Source: Podarcis cretensis
Taxonomy: Eukaryota
Direction: 5' to 3'
DNA length: 64,000 nt
NCBI GenBank assembly: GCA_951804945.1
Contig: OX638156.1
Coordinates: 67,084,001 to 67,148,000 of the forward strand
Within the stretch, counting starts at the first letter, position 1; every line of letters starts with the position of its first letter. A model generated the notes under the pieces. That model was not told the origin of the DNA and did no database searches. It was given only the letters and a program-made list of their open reading frames with translations. This document shows positions 61,067 through 64,000 of this stretch, one piece after another. The position numbers and the translations under genes are program-made.

Positions 61067-62112
61067 CTGTGAGAAGAAAAGAAATCCAATTATAGCACAA
61101 TCAATGCAGTTAAGCCGCTATCATCTCAAAAATCTGCCCAGAAACGGGAACCCATCAGACGCACTCCGGCGCGTTCTGTTCTGCAGATCGGGAAGCATAA
61201 TGAAGCTGTGATTTGCTAGGACCGCTTCTCTTGGCATGGTGCAAGAAACCACCAGTCTGGGGCATTAATAATCATAATTTATGTAGCACAGTTCGAGCAT
61301 TCAAAGCACTCACAATTATCTCAGTATTCCTTACAACAGCCTCCTGGAAGCTCAGCCAGCCAGTACTCTGGATAAAAGTGCCATCAGCATGTGTGGGGCT
61401 TTACAAAGCACAAGACAACAGGGCTCTGCCCCGGGAAACATAAAATCTAAAATAACTGTTCTACTATAATGCTGTTCTTTTGTTTTATTCTAGTTTATAA
61501 TTTAAAACTGGTTTTATATCTTTGCAAGCCATTTTGCATGCACCTTGTTCTAAAAAGCAGGCTATAATTAACAAAGATTTTGTTCCAAGCGGCAATGAAG
61601 ATTCAGAAGTTGTGCTGGTTCAGGGCCCTCATAACCTTTATGGCCCTTGTGCCACAGAAAGGGACACTGGAGGGGTAAGGGCCCTGCTTGAGACATGCTT
61701 GTGAACAGTCTTTTGCCTGTGGCAACTAAGAGTCAGCTCCAAAACTCCTAATGGCTGCACCCAAGAGGCTTCATATAAATGTAAAACAGCATTGGGGACA
61801 AGATTGTACCTTGTAGTGCATCACAGCATGAAGACTGTGGAGCTGAAACACAGTCTCTCAGTGTTACTCTCTGGAAAAGACCCTCTAGGTAGGAGTGGAA
61901 CCAGTGTAAAACAGTGTCCCCTGATATTCATCCCACAGAGCCAGTCCAGCAGGATGCCTTGGTCTAGTATCAAAACCCGTGGAGAGAGACAAAGAAGCAG
62001 AAACAGGAATGCATTCCCCCTGTCCCACTCTCTATACAGGTTATCCATCCAGGTGACCAAGGCTGATTCAATTCCAAAACAGCACCTGAATGCAGAATGA
62101 AGTGGATTCAGT

Positions 62113-62597
62113 TACGTATTTTTCCATACATAAGAAAATGCTTTCTACTATAAACAAATTAGGCAAAAATTGGGTGTCGTCTTGTACACAGATAGTGAAT
62201 GCAGAGAGAGGATGTGCAATTAATGGCAGCAGCAAGCAGGAGACTGGCAGCGGCGATTGGGCGGCTAACTGGTGACTGCGGCAAGGCCTGTTGGTGATTG
62301 GCTGTGGCAACTGGGCAGGCGACTGGAGGCTGTGGCGAGGTGGGCAGGTGATTAGCAGCTGCGGCAAGTGGGCTGTTGGTGGCAGCAAGCGGGCAATTGG
62401 CGGCTGTGGTGAGGTGTGTGATCAGCAGTGGCTGTGGCAAGCAATCAGCAGTGGTGGGCAGGCGGCTGAGTGATTGGCGGAAGTGACCTCCCCAACTCCC
62501 CAAAAGAGCTAAACAACGTAATTTCTTAATTTTGGGTTAAAAAAAAATAGGGGTCGTCTTATACATGGGGTCATCTTATACATGGAAAAATATGGTA
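62113..62597. mobile_element. non-autonomous Tc1/mariner-like DNA transposon
   Basis: imperfect terminal inverted repeats CGTATTTTTCCATACATAAGA / TCTTATACATGGAAAAATATGG flanked by TA; GC-rich (GGCAGC-like) interior. Confidence 0.65.
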
Positions 62598-64000
62598 ATT
62601 CCTCCAGGAACTAACTTCTTGGCCAGCACCTTACCCAAGAAAGGGTATTTTTTTATGGGTAGTAATTGTTATAAACCACAGGATCCAGGGTGGGTTTCTT
62701 CAGAAGCAGGCGCACCACCCACCGCCTGCTTAAGTGGAGCGGCACCACTCCCTTATGTCAATAAGCCTTCACCATACCCTGGGCCCATCTGGTCAACCCT
62801 TCCTGACAGGCTTTTACTAGCCAGGATGGGCAGGGAACAAGAGAGCAGGAAGCCAGTCATTGCAAGAACGCTGCATACATTATCAGGTCAAGTAAAGTGA
62901 CACTGATTCCTCGGTGAAGGCACTGCATTGGACACTTCAACTGGAGTAACATTTAAGGCACTATGGGGATGGGAGGAACTCAGCAGAAGCACATTTGCTA
63001 GCCTTCAAGGTGAAGGCGAGGGTGCAAACTCTGGAACTATAAAGAATGCCTATTTGTTACAAAAGACCAAGCCAAATTCCTTGAAATTCACCATGATTAC
63101 CCACGTGGAGGTACAGGAGCAAAAGAGAGGCTTACAAGTTTGAATGATTAACTTGCAACGATAGGGGCAGATCTTTTTTCAACACACAAATGCATTCTAA
63201 CAATATACTTCCAAAGGCCTTCTGCCTGCTCCTTTTGATCAATGCAGAGCTGTTTAGCTCGGAAACAGAAGGTCAGGGTGCTTCACATATAAGGCTAATC
63301 CTCTCGCTCATGAACAAACACAGCGTATCAGCAAAAAACTGCAGTTTTTAATACATAAAGTGGGATTTGAGCCATTTCTGGTGACAAACAGGAATCGAGA
63401 GATTTCTTCTGTTTCTTATTCATACGTCTTGGTTCAATGACAAAGGAATTGGACAGACCTGCCTGGCTCCTGAGAACGCATTGCCCGGTGAAGGAGTCAT
63501 CCTTCCTGAGCAACTGCTGTCTCTTTCCACTCTCTTGGTTATTAGAATTAAAGTAGATGAGAAGGGAGTGGAATTTCGAGCTCGGCAATGACCTTCTTTA
63601 ATCAAATTAGTGATAAATGGCTTAATGTGCTATTGATTAAGTAATAGAAATGAGCAGTTCCATTTTTCACAAATATCATGTTCAATAAAATGTTAGATTG
63701 GGCCTTTCATCATAAGTGAATCACTAAGGTCATTGGTTCAATATTTCAAGAGTGATAACCTCTCTCCAGCCACCGCAGAAAATACTGACAACATTTCAAA
63801 TTCTAATGAGATACATAAGTCACTAATAATGATATTTTAAGTTACATTCTTATTACTTAAACTTGGGGCAAAATTAAGAGGCACGCCATCATGCTATTCG
63901 GGGGATTAAACTCATTCATTTCACATCTCAATCATCCAGTTACATCTTCGCAGCATGTAAATCTATTACAGATTAAATGGCCATATACTAGCAAATTGCC

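Noticed and set aside
1-64000. CRISPR arrays, rRNA, snoRNA/miRNA genes or prokaryotic-type systems
   Set aside because: Eukaryotic intron-exon locus; no repeat-spacer array and no confidently recognisable structured RNA gene

Overview
Vertebrate genomic DNA, most likely from a squamate and probably a lacertid lizard (inferred from Sauria/Squam-type SINEs). It holds three spliced genes, all with GT-AG introns and consistent reading phases. KLHL21 (- strand, 4 coding exons, 600 aa) and PHF13 (+ strand, 4 coding exons, 292 aa) are complete and head-to-head. DNAJC11 (- strand) is represented by exons 2-16; exon 1 lies beyond the window. THAP3, which sits between PHF13 and DNAJC11 in human, is not recognisable here. 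Introns carry SINEs, hAT MITEs with 8-bp target-site duplications (TSDs), CR1/L2 fragments, a Tc1/mariner-like element, a solo LTR and microsatellites. I found no convincing new protein-coding system. The best leads are non-coding: an inverted SINE pair and a UG tract around the in-frame DNAJC11 exon 5, a MITE family carrying the ZNF143/THAP11-type ACTACAATTCCC motif, a CCAAT+TATA module inside DNAJC11 intron 4, and the missing THAP3. Comparisons to human sequences are from memory, not from a search.
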